In this document: positions 56,277-64,000 of the stretch, in pieces | How positions within the stretch are numbered: position 1 is the stretch's first letter | Layout: each line of letters starts with the position of its first letter | DNA from: Dehalococcoidia bacterium | GTDB lineage: Bacteria; Chloroflexota; Dehalococcoidia; Bin125 | DNA: 64,000 nt | Reading direction: 5' to 3' | NCBI GenBank assembly: GCA_965204335.1 | Contig: OZ241982.1 | Span: 246,695-310,694 of the forward strand | Position numbers and translations under genes: made by a program | Notes under the pieces: generated by a model | The model's database searches: none | Told to the model about the DNA's origin: nothing | The model's input: only the letters and a program-made list of their open reading frames with translations

Positions 56277-56717
56277 ATGCCGGTTTCAATTGAAGACATG
56301 CTCGCCAATACCTCGCTGTTCTCCCGCGTGGACCGCGACGAACTGCACGAGATCGCTGGTTGGGTGCAAGTCCAGGACTACAAGCCCGGCCAGGTGATCG
56401 ACCGCGAGGGCGACCTGGGAACCACGCTGCACATCATTCGCTCCGGCTCCGTCGACGTGTACCAGGGCTACGGCTCCGATGACCAGACGCTCCTCGCCTC
56501 GTTCGGTGAGGGCGACTTCTTCGGCGAGATGGCGTTGCTGCTCGGACGCCCGCGCTCCGCCACCGTGGTCGCCAAGGAAGAGACCGAGTGCCTGCAGATC
56601 CTGCGCAACGCGTTCGCCGAGGGTGCGACCGCCCCGGTCCTCTGGTCAATGCTCCAGCACGTGGCCGAACGACTCGCCCACGCCGACGAGACGATCGGCG
56701 AGATGCACTCCCACTAG
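56277..56717 (+). CDS. cyclic nucleotide-binding domain protein (stand-alone)
   Basis: FGEGDFFGEMALLLGRPRSATVVA phosphate-binding cassette. Confidence 0.85.
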   Translation: MPVSIEDMLANTSLFSRVDRDELHEIAGWVQVQDYKPGQVIDREGDLGTTLHIIRSGSVDVYQGYGSDDQTLLASFGEGDFFGEMALLLGRPRSATVVAKEETECLQILRNAFAEGATAPVLWSMLQHVAERLAHADETIGEMHSH

Positions 56718-56733
56718 GACGCTGTCGAGGCGG

Positions 56734-57621
56734 TTACTCGGTAACTCCGCGTCCCAGTCCTGAAACGACCCGGGCGAGCGCCTGGGTTCCTTCGTCTCCG
56801 AGCCCGGATGTCTGCAACTGGTAGTACAGCTGGTGGACGAGTGACGTGTTGGGCAAGGGCTGCAGGACATCGCCGCCGGCCTCGAGCGCGAGCCGCAGGT
56901 CCTTCTGCATCAGGTTCACCATGAACCCCGGCGCGTAGTCCTCAACGGCGATCTTTGGTCCCAGGTTCGTCAGTTGCCAGCTTCCCGCCGCACCAGCCGA
57001 AATCGCGGCCAGCATCCGCTCTTGATCAACGCCCGACTTGTCGGCCAGCGAGAGCGCCTCGCAGACGCCCAGCAACGTGCCGGCGATCGCCACCTGGTTG
57101 CAGAGCTTGACCGTCTGTCCCGCGCCGGTCGGTCCGCAATGCGTGATCGTCGCGCCCATCGCCTCCAGGACCGGCATGCACCGTTCGAGCACCTCGGCAT
57201 CGCCGCCGACCATGATCGAGAGCGTTCCTGCCTTGGCCCCGGTGTCGCCGCCCGAGACCGGGGCATCCAGCATGGACACGCCGCGCTCGGCCAACTGCGA
57301 GGCGACGTCTCGCGTCACCGCCGGTGAAATGGTGGACATATCGATCGCGACGGAGCCGGGTGCGAGGCCGTGGATGGCTGCGTCGTCGCGTCCGACCAGC
57401 ACCGATTCCACATCCGGCGAGTCGGTCACGATCGTGATCAGGATGTCGCTCACCTCCGCCGCCGCTTGCGGTGAATCGGCCGACGATGCGCCAAGTTCGA
57501 CGCAGGCGTCGATCCCGGGTTGCGAGCGGTTCCAGACCGTCGGCGCGAAGCCGGCCTTGATCAGATTTCCCACCATCGGCACACCCATGATGCCCAGCCC
57601 GATAAATCCGATGCGCTCCAT
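56734..57621 (-). CDS. NAD(P)-dependent 3-hydroxyisobutyrate/2-hydroxy-3-oxopropionate reductase family dehydrogenase
   Basis: MERIGFIGLGIMGVPM...DAPVSGG...KLCNQ. ATG 57621 is preferred over the upstream TTG. Confidence 0.9.
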   Translation of the reverse strand: MERIGFIGLGIMGVPMVGNLIKAGFAPTVWNRSQPGIDACVELGASSADSPQAAAEVSDILITIVTDSPDVESVLVGRDDAAIHGLAPGSVAIDMSTISPAVTRDVASQLAERGVSMLDAPVSGGDTGAKAGTLSIMVGGDAEVLERCMPVLEAMGATITHCGPTGAGQTVKLCNQVAIAGTLLGVCEALSLADKSGVDQERMLAAISAGAAGSWQLTNLGPKIAVEDYAPGFMVNLMQKDLRLALEAGGDVLQPLPNTSLVHQLYYQLQTSGLGDEGTQALARVVSGLGRGVTE

Positions 57622-57665
57622 GGCCAACCCCTTCAGATCTCTGCAATGCGACTACGATACGACCC

Positions 57666-57947
57666 ATGCCGCTGTATCTCTCGGAAGCCACATGGGACGC
57701 TGCGCTGCCGTTGCATCAGGTGCTTGAGTCGCTGGAGGAGATCGTCCAGCGCACCGGCGGCCAGGTTGTGCAGGTGCTCCAGGTGGACGGCGAGTTGTCG
57801 TTGACCATCGAGACGCCCGACGATCTGTCCCTGTTTCGCGTCGGCCGCGAGGCATCGGAGTTGGGCCTCAACCTGTCGTCGCGCGTAGCATTGACTCGCA
57901 CCGAGGCGGAAGCGCTGGACAGCGCCCACCGAGAACGAAGCAGGTAG
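57666..57947 (+). CDS. hypothetical protein
   Basis: 93 aa with balanced composition. No recognised motif. Confidence 0.4.
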   Translation: MPLYLSEATWDAALPLHQVLESLEEIVQRTGGQVVQVLQVDGELSLTIETPDDLSLFRVGREASELGLNLSSRVALTRTEAEALDSAHRERSR

Positions 57948-57958
57948 GAGTCCCGCCC

Positions 57959-58156
57959 ATGGCCGACAACGCACGCTGTGAAGAGATCCGTGTTGAGCGC
58001 GCTCGGTTGAACAGGCTCGCCGACGACATGCCGGGCAAGCTGCCGCCGAAGCCGGGCGAGGGTCCGCTCGGGCGCCCGAACCCGGAGCTGCGCCGCATCT
58101 ACGACCAGATCAACGACCTGCGCAAAGAACTGCTCGCGATGGGCTGCAAGCCATAA
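57959..58156 (+). CDS. hypothetical small protein
   Basis: 65 aa, predicted helical/charged. No recognised motif. Confidence 0.4.
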   Translation: MADNARCEEIRVERARLNRLADDMPGKLPPKPGEGPLGRPNPELRRIYDQINDLRKELLAMGCKP

Positions 58157-58174
58157 CCCGGCCTTACGCGTGTT

Positions 58175-58224
58175 CTCTCCCCCAGCTCTGCGGGGGGAGA
58201 TGTCCCGTCGGGACAGAGGGGGGC
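58175..58224. repeat. REP-like element family B
   Basis: ctctcccccagctctgcggggggagatgtcccgtcgggacagaggggggc. Confidence 0.8.
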
Positions 58225-58324
58225 TCCGTCCGATCTCTCAGAGACGATTCACACCCCGTTTACACTCCGCAAGCGCATCTGGCAATTTCGCTCCCAACTG
58301 GCTACGCTTGGAAACACAACTGAA

Positions 58325-58478
58325 TAGTCGGGCCGAATCCCTGCAGAGCCCACAAGCCGAGTAGGGAGCGGGGGACCCAACACTTGGGGTGAATGCGGTA
58401 ACTGGATTGTCGGAAACCGCACGGCGCACTCCTTCGCGCCGAACCCGTCAGCTAACCCCGTAGGCGACCGAGGGAGAC
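58325..58478 (+). promoter_or_regulatory. c-di-AMP riboswitch (ydaO-yuaA class) aptamer
   Basis: GAGCGGGGGACCCA...GGGGTGAATGC...CCGAACCCGTCAGCTAACCCCGTAGGCG...GAGGGAG closely matches, by my recollection, the B. subtilis ydaO leader segments GAGCGGGGGACCCA, GGGGUGAAUC and CCGAACCCGUCAGCUAACCUCGUAAGCG. Confidence 0.85.
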
Positions 58479-58661
58479 GTGCGTCGGAGTTGTTGCTCCA
58501 ATGCACGAGCTTTGAACCCGTGACTTGAGCACGGCTCCACCGGTTCGCCCCACTGCGCACGCAGTGATCGGCCGCGAACGTAGGAGTAACGCCGGGAGCG
58601 ACCGCCTGGCGCACTCAGGGGCACGGGTTTCTCGCTCGCCCGGCCCCGTCCTTCCTGGCCG

Positions 58662-58695
58662 ACCCCCGGACATCACGTCCGGGGGTTCGGTTTAT
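58662..58695 (+). terminator. intrinsic terminator-like hairpin about 185 nt after the riboswitch aptamer
   Basis: acccccggac-atcac-gtccgggggt followed by tcggtttat. It lies 19 nt beyond the stop of the convergent gene, so it may serve both strands. Confidence 0.55.
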
Positions 58696-58713
58696 CTGCT
58701 CGATCTCTCGATC

Positions 58714-59529
58714 CTATCGACCCACAAAGTTGGGCTGGCGCTTCTCGAGGAATGCGCGAGCCGCCTCCTTGTTGTCCTCGCCCGTGAACGACAGCATCAC
58801 GTGCGAGCCCTCCTGGTAGAGCGAATCGCTCAGGCTCGACGTCGCCGCGTAGTTGAGCGTCCACTTCATCATCGACAGCACCGCGGTTGGCCCCTGCGCC
58901 AGTTCGCGGCAGAATGCCAGACCTTCCGACAACAACTCGTCGTGCGGCACCACCTTCGTCACGATGCCCAGCGCTTCTGCCTCGTCGGCATTGATCCGAC
59001 GGTCCAGCATCAGCAACTCGCGTGCGCGGGTGATGCCGACCATCTGGTTGAGGAACCAGGCGACGCCGTAGTCGCCCGATACCCCGATGTTGCGAAACGC
59101 GGTCACAAACCGTGCGCGGTCGGAAGCAATGCGGAAGTCGGTCGCCAGGCAGAGGCCCAGCCCGCCGCCGGCGGCCGGTCCGTTGACCAGCGACACGGTC
59201 GGCGTGCCCATCTCATGCAGCATCCCCGATGTTTGCTGCTGGCTGCGGTGACTGCGGCGATTGACCACGCCGGGTCCGGGGGGCGGCCCATCCGAGCGCC
59301 GGCCCATGTTGTTGATGTCGGCTCCGGCCGAGAACCCGCGTCCGGCCCCGGTCACGGCCACGCAGCGGACCTGCGGGTCGTCTTCGCAGTCGATCAGCGC
59401 TTCGGTCAATCGCTGAAGCAGATCGTCCCCGAACGCGTTCAGGCGTTCCGGACGATTCAGCGTGATCAGGGCGACGCCGTCGTCGCGCTTGTCGAGGATG
59501 ACCGTCGGGTCGCCGGTGGATTCAGACAT
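58714..59529 (-). CDS. enoyl-CoA hydratase/isomerase family protein
   Basis: ITLNRPERLNAF...VTGAGRGFSAGADI...NGPAAGGGLGLCLATD. Confidence 0.9.
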   Translation of the reverse strand: MSESTGDPTVILDKRDDGVALITLNRPERLNAFGDDLLQRLTEALIDCEDDPQVRCVAVTGAGRGFSAGADINNMGRRSDGPPPGPGVVNRRSHRSQQQTSGMLHEMGTPTVSLVNGPAAGGGLGLCLATDFRIASDRARFVTAFRNIGVSGDYGVAWFLNQMVGITRARELLMLDRRINADEAEALGIVTKVVPHDELLSEGLAFCRELAQGPTAVLSMMKWTLNYAATSSLSDSLYQEGSHVMLSFTGEDNKEAARAFLEKRQPNFVGR

Positions 59530-59630
59530 GTATCGCGCCTTTCATCAAGTGGTCGGGAAGCTGGGCCTGCGGCTCCGCGAGACGAAGCAAGCCTCTCAAT
59601 GCTAAGGCCACACCTGCGTACACTGACCTC

Positions 59631-60332
59631 ATGTGCGGACGCTTCACCCTGACGGTGGACTCGCTCGAATTCATCGAGGCTGTGCAGCGGCTCAACGTGA
59701 AGCTGTTCGGCGGCGGGGACTTCAAGCCGCGCTTCAATATCGCGCCGACGCAGCTCCACCCAATCCTGCTCGCCGACGGCGAGGAGTTTGCCGCTCAGCC
59801 CGCGCGTTGGGGCCTGATCAACTCGTGGGCCAGGGACGCCAAACGCGCAGCTCGGCAGATCAATGCCCGTTCGGAGACGGTGGCGGATTCGCGAGCGTAC
59901 GCGCGACCCTTCAAACGACAGCGCTGCCTCGTCCCGGCCGACGGCTGGTACGAATGGAGCGGACCGAAGAGCCAGCGCCAACCGCACTGGATCCACCGCG
60001 CCGACCGCGAGCCGTTCGTCTTCGCCGGCCTCTACGACGTCTGGCATCCCGAGCCGGATCGGCCGGCAGCGACCTTCACCATCTTGACCAGGGAAGCGAC
60101 CGAAGCGCTGGCGAGCATCTACCCGCGGATGCCCGTGGTCCTGCCGCCCGACCGCCAGGAGGCCTGGCTCGACTCTGGTAACCAGGAGAAGGACTCGGTG
60201 CTGGCGTTGCTGGAACTGCCCGCCGACGATTCATTCATCACCATGCCCGTCTCGAGCCGCGTGAACGCGGTCAAGCACGACGACCCGACCCTGCTCGAGG
60301 TCGAAGAACAGCCTTCTCTCGATCTTGGCTAA
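59631..60332 (+). CDS. SOS response-associated peptidase (SRAP/YedK-like abasic-site processing protein)
   Basis: N-terminal MCGRF catalytic Cys2, plus PADGWYEW and FAGLYD motifs. Confidence 0.9.
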   Translation: MCGRFTLTVDSLEFIEAVQRLNVKLFGGGDFKPRFNIAPTQLHPILLADGEEFAAQPARWGLINSWARDAKRAARQINARSETVADSRAYARPFKRQRCLVPADGWYEWSGPKSQRQPHWIHRADREPFVFAGLYDVWHPEPDRPAATFTILTREATEALASIYPRMPVVLPPDRQEAWLDSGNQEKDSVLALLELPADDSFITMPVSSRVNAVKHDDPTLLEVEEQPSLDLG

Positions 60333-60347
60333 CGCAAAGGATCCAGC

Positions 60348-60875
60348 ATGTTCACCGATATCGACGGCTTCCTCCGCTACTTTCGCTCCGTCAACCGCCG
60401 CGCCGTGCGCGATGTGACCGCGTTACCGCCCGAGGCGGACGGCTGGACACCCATCGGAGGGGAAGGCGAGAACGCCTGGTCAATCAACAAGCTGATCGGC
60501 CACATGTGCGGCTCGCGACTCTACTTCGCCAGCGCGTATCGACGGCAAGGCTGGATCTCGCCGGAGCCACCCGACGTCAGCAGTCCAGAGCTCTGGGCGC
60601 GGGCCCTGGATGCCAGCTTCGAGGAATTCAGCCGACTCGTGACCGAGGTAGGCGACGAGGGCCTGACACGGCAGATTGAGATGATCGACACGCCCGGAGC
60701 CACGCTGAGCGGCTGGCGCCTGCTGCTCATGATGATGGAGCACGACATCCACCACCGCTCGCAGATCGACACCTACGCCGGGCTCAACGGCTGGGATCCG
60801 CCCGACATTTACTTCCGCTCGGCGGAGACCATCGCCGAGCGCCAGCCCGAGCAGATCGCGAAGTACCGCTCGTGA
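60348..60875 (+). CDS. DinB family protein
   Basis: Four-helix-bundle pattern with the HMCGSRLYF...EHDIHHRSQIDTY His triad. Confidence 0.85.
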   Translation: MFTDIDGFLRYFRSVNRRAVRDVTALPPEADGWTPIGGEGENAWSINKLIGHMCGSRLYFASAYRRQGWISPEPPDVSSPELWARALDASFEEFSRLVTEVGDEGLTRQIEMIDTPGATLSGWRLLLMMMEHDIHHRSQIDTYAGLNGWDPPDIYFRSAETIAERQPEQIAKYRS

Positions 60876-61846
60876 GCGCCGACCTGATCCCTCCGACTCT
60901 GGAGGATGTGCGCCGAGCGCGAGAGATCATCCGGAACACGCTCTCGCTGCCGACGCCACTGGTTCAGAGTCCGGGGCTGTCGCAGCGCTGGGACGCGCAT
61001 GTCTCGCTCAAGCTCGAGTGCATGACCCCGACTTCAGCTTTCAAAGTTCGCGGCGGGGTGTACTTCGCCTCGCAGCTTTCCCCTGATGAACTTGAGCGCG
61101 GGCTGATCACCTCTTCCACGGGCAATCACGGACAGTCGATCGCCTTCGGTGCGGCCTCGATCGGCGTAGCGGCCACGATCTTCATGCCGACCGACGCGAA
61201 TCCCGACAAGATCGCGGCGATCGAGCGGTTGGGCGGTCGTGTCGAGCTCGTCGGTGAACGCTTCGATGAGTCGCGGCGCAAGGCGGAAGAGTACGCCGCA
61301 GAGCGCGGAGCTCGCTATGTGGAACCGGTCGAGGAACCACGCCTGATCGCGGGAGTGGGCACGGCGGCGCTCGAAGTGCTGGAAGACCAGCAGCCCGAGA
61401 CTGAACTGGTGCTGTTGCCGCTTGGCGGAGGTACAGGCTCAAGCGGCTGGGTCACGGTTCGTGACGGTCTCGGCCATCCCGCCGAGATCTGGGCTTCGCA
61501 ATCCGCCCAGTCGCCGGCCGCCTACGACGCCTGGCGCTCCGGCCGGATCGAAGATCGGCCGAACAGGAGCATTGCCGAAGGTCTCGCGACTGGAACTCCG
61601 TTCCCCTTCGCCCTCGAAATCCTGAAACACCGTCTGAACGACTTCATCCTGGTTGACGACGAGCGAATCCTCGATGCAACCCGGCTGCTCTGGAACATGC
61701 AGCACGTGATGGCCGAACCGTCTGGAGCAGTCGCGGTCGCGGCGGCCGAGCAAGAACGTGAGCGCCTGGTCGGAAAGCGGGTCGTGCTCGTGATTAGCGG
61801 CGCCAACGCGACCCGGAGTCAACTGCTCGATTGGCTGCAGGATTAG
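60872..61846 (+). CDS. PLP-dependent threonine/serine dehydratase family protein
   Basis: [10 protein letters not shown] (PLP Lys), SSTGNHGQS and [11 protein letters not shown]. Confidence 0.9.
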   Translation: MSADLIPPTLEDVRRAREIIRNTLSLPTPLVQSPGLSQRWDAHVSLKLECMTPTSAFKVRGGVYFASQLSPDELERGLITSSTGNHGQSIAFGAASIGVAATIFMPTDANPDKIAAIERLGGRVELVGERFDESRRKAEEYAAERGARYVEPVEEPRLIAGVGTAALEVLEDQQPETELVLLPLGGGTGSSGWVTVRDGLGHPAEIWASQSAQSPAAYDAWRSGRIEDRPNRSIAEGLATGTPFPFALEILKHRLNDFILVDDERILDATRLLWNMQHVMAEPSGAVAVAAAEQERERLVGKRVVLVISGANATRSQLLDWLQD

Positions 61847-62133
61847 CCGGCCACGTCGTTGATCTGACCGGCCAGCACGAAGTCGAAGTCGGTGACGCCG
61901 CCCGCGTCGTGGGTGTTGAGCGCGATTGAGACCGTGTTGTAGACATTCGACCAGTTGGGATGGTGGTCGAGCTTCTCGGCCAGCAGCGCGACCGACGACA
62001 TGAAGCCGAAGGCCGCCACGAAGTTATCGAACTGGAACTCGCGGGTCAGCGAGCCGTCTGCGTATCCCCAGCCCGATATCTCGGAGAGCCGACCGCTAAT
62101 CTCGGAATCATCCAGCTTGCGTCGCTCCGGCAT
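61843..62133 (-). CDS. 4a-hydroxytetrahydrobiopterin dehydratase
   Basis: [36 protein letters not shown] before ATG 62133. Confidence 0.9.
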   Translation of the reverse strand: MPERRKLDDSEISGRLSEISGWGYADGSLTREFQFDNFVAAFGFMSSVALLAEKLDHHPNWSNVYNTVSIALNTHDAGGVTDFDFVLAGQINDVAG

Positions 62134-62185
62134 GACAACCTCCCGATGAACTCCCAAACGAACGTGCCGCGAGTATAGGAATCCC

Positions 62186-62614
62186 ATGCCGTCTCTCGAT
62201 GATGTCCGCGCCGCACTCGAAGTTGCTCGTCACGGGTATCTGTCGACCGCATCGGCAGAGGGCGACCCGCATTTGCAGCCGGTGGTGTTTCAGGTCGTCG
62301 AAGCCTCGATCTACATCGCAATCGACGAGAAGCCCAAGACGACGCTGCGGCTGCGCCGGCTGACCAACATCGAATCCAATCCGAGATTCGCCCTGCTCGT
62401 GGACCACTACGACGACGACTGGGACCAACTCTGGTGGATTCTCCTACGCGGCCCGGCGGAGGTGCTCTGGCCGTCGGCATGGGACGCCGAGGAGGCGGCA
62501 ACGGTGATCGACGCGCTGCGGGCCAAGTATCCGCAATACGAGTCGATGGGGCTGGAGGAGCGCCCGCTGCTCAAGCTGACGCCCGAACGTGTCACTCGTT
62601 GGTCGGCGTCATGA
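62186..62614 (+). CDS. PPOX-class F420-dependent oxidoreductase (TIGR03668-like)
   Basis: [20 protein letters not shown]...[37 protein letters not shown]. Confidence 0.85.
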   Translation: MPSLDDVRAALEVARHGYLSTASAEGDPHLQPVVFQVVEASIYIAIDEKPKTTLRLRRLTNIESNPRFALLVDHYDDDWDQLWWILLRGPAEVLWPSAWDAEEAATVIDALRAKYPQYESMGLEERPLLKLTPERVTRWSAS

Positions 62615-62899
62615 CTGTTCAAGGCCTTCGTAGACGTCTTTGCTGCTCCGACGGCGGACGCGGACGATCTCGATCTCACGATTGACGCTATCGACTCTGA
62701 AAATCATCCGCCAATCGCTGATCGGAAGGCGAATGCGCCACATGTCGTCGCGATCCGCCAGGTCGAGTTGCAGCGACTCAGGCATGTGAGGCCCGCCAGC
62801 AAGCAATTTCTTGTATCTATTGGCAACGACTCGCGGTTCGGGCGCTAACCGAGATCGCTCCAGGTCCGCCTCAGGGCTGTACCGGACTCGGTACCGCAC
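62609..62899 (-). CDS. RelE/ParE-family type II toxin
   Basis: GTG 62899 lies 4 nt after the upstream stop. ...WRIRLPISDWRMIFRVDSVNREIEIVRVRRRSSKDVY fits the yRiRvgdyRiiy...I.I..v.hR..vY pattern. Confidence 0.7.
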   Translation of the reverse strand: MRYRVRYSPEADLERSRLAPEPRVVANRYKKLLAGGPHMPESLQLDLADRDDMWRIRLPISDWRMIFRVDSVNREIEIVRVRRRSSKDVYEGLEQS

Positions 62900-62903
62900 C
62901 TGC

Positions 62904-63323
62904 CTAGTCGTCGCTCGCCAACTGCGGGACAAAGAGAAACAGCGCCTCGGGAAACGTGCTCCGCACGCGCCTCACGAACGCCTGACCCTCGACCGTCGGC
63001 AATTTGCGGTCCATCCACATATCCATGTGCTCCGGAAACTCCGTTGCCAGGCGGACGAAGAACTCGTGGTCAGGATCGTCGGGATTGTCTTCGGGATCGG
63101 GGACCTCGACAAGCGTGATCTCTCCGCGGGCGCGTTTGGTCTCATACTCTTGGACAAAGGCGATGTCCTCAGCATCCTCTTCCGGGGTGAACTCGGGAGG
63201 CGGATGCGTGAGATTCATGAATTGCGCCCATTCTTCAGCACTACCGTCGAGCGCGCGATCGAGGGCGTCCATCCATTCGGCCTGGATCTCTTCGAGTGTG
63301 GGCTGTTGCTTCTTCAGCACCAT
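62904..63323 (-). CDS. hypothetical acidic protein in the antitoxin position
   Basis: 139 aa and highly acidic, immediately upstream of the toxin on the same strand. No RHH/HTH was recognised by eye. Confidence 0.5.
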   Translation of the reverse strand: MVLKKQQPTLEEIQAEWMDALDRALDGSAEEWAQFMNLTHPPPEFTPEEDAEDIAFVQEYETKRARGEITLVEVPDPEDNPDDPDHEFFVRLATEFPEHMDMWMDRKLPTVEGQAFVRRVRSTFPEALFLFVPQLASDD

Positions 63324-63373
63324 GCTGAGTTCATTCCTCCGCGGCTTCGAGATTCAGCATACCCAGATGATTG

Positions 63374-64000
63374 CTACACCTGGCTCCAGTCGCTTCCCCT
63401 GAGTTCGTCGTAGCGCCGGTCGGGGCCCGTCCAGCCGCCGTCGACGACCAGCTTCTGGCCGGTGATCAACGCCGATGCGTCCGAGGCCAGGAAGAGGGCG
63501 GCGTTGGCGATGTCGATCGCCTCGCCGGAGCGACCAAGCGGGTGGAGCGTGGCCCAGTTCTGTCTCGACTGTTCGACCCGCTCTTCGCTGAGCCAGCCCT
63601 GGCCCGTGGCGATGCCGCCGGGGCAGATGCAGTTGATCCGGATGCCCTTGGAGGCCCACTCGCCGGCGGCCGCCTGGACCATGGCAATCACGGCGCCCTT
63701 GGTGGCGCAGTAGGCCGCCATGCCGGCCAGACCGACCAGCCCCGCGACCGACGCGGTGGCGATGATCGAGCCGCCTCCGGCGCGCTCCAGGTGGGGGATG
63801 CCGTACTTCATGCCCAGCCAGACTCCGCGGATGTTGACGCCCGTGACCAGGTCGTAGGTCTGCTCCGGGCAGTCGCGAACATTGCCCTCGGGTGGCCCGA
63901 CGCCGGCGTTGTTGTAAATCACGTCGATCCGGCCCCAGGCGTCATCGGCGGCCGCGAACATGCCCTGGACGTCTTCGCCGTGGCGGACGTCGGTCTCGAC
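63374..64000 (-). CDS. SDR family oxidoreductase, 5' end beyond window
   Basis: IDVIYNNAGV, catalytic YCATKGAV and PGGIAT. The frame stays open to position 64000. Confidence 0.85.
   Translation of the reverse strand, partial: VETDVRHGEDVQGMFAAADDAWGRIDVIYNNAGVGPPEGNVRDCPEQTYDLVTGVNIRGVWLGMKYGIPHLERAGGGSIIATASVAGLVGLAGMAAYCATKGAVIAMVQAAAGEWASKGIRINCICPGGIATGQGWLSEERVEQSRQNWATLHPLGRSGEAIDIANAALFLASDASALITGQKLVVDGGWTGPDRRYDELRGSDWSQV

Noticed and set aside
58230-58700. Possibility that the structured non-coding region is RNase P RNA, tmRNA or a cobalamin riboswitch
   Set aside because: It has no GAGGAAAGTCCGG-type RNase P core, no tRNA-like 3' end or tag ORF, and no B12 box. The conserved blocks instead match the ydaO c-di-AMP class.

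Overview
GC-rich (by eye, not computed), gene-dense chromosomal segment with about 70 protein genes, one tRNA-Ala(GGC), one c-di-AMP (ydaO-type) riboswitch, a CIRCE operator and two families of REP-like intergenic repeats. I found no rRNA, CRISPR array, transposase, integrase or prophage genes. Gene content: five luciferase-like (LLM) oxidoreductases; SDR, crotonase, acyl-CoA dehydrogenase and CoA-transferase genes; an F420-type PPOX; class F sortases; an iron-type ABC importer with two binding proteins; Zn-type ABC parts; cysDN plus a TupABC-like transporter; groEL, pyk, orn, rpsN and fdsBA. By inference only, this resembles a monoderm Chloroflexota-like organism (SAR202 or Thermomicrobia-like). 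Findings worth a second look, in order of interest: (1) A ferredoxin-thioredoxin-reductase catalytic-subunit homolog has TGA exactly at the last Cys of the CPC-x16-CPC-x8-CHC signature. The frame stays open for 57 more codons, and a hairpin resembling the E. coli fdhF SECIS (GGUC loop) follows, so this is a candidate selenoprotein. (2) A ZnuA/TroA-type binding protein is split by a roughly 420-aa His-rich, beta-propeller-like insertion, possibly an AztD-like zinc chaperone. (3) A high-confidence c-di-AMP riboswitch has no downstream ORF and points into a convergent gene. (4) The metal ABC permease carries a Cys-rich tail encoded by a 33-bp tandem repeat. (5) One of the two paralogous iron-type binding proteins has an N-terminal tandem-repeat module, and both genes share a TTGCA-N5-TGCAA motif upstream. 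All functional calls come from reading the translations by eye. No database search was run.
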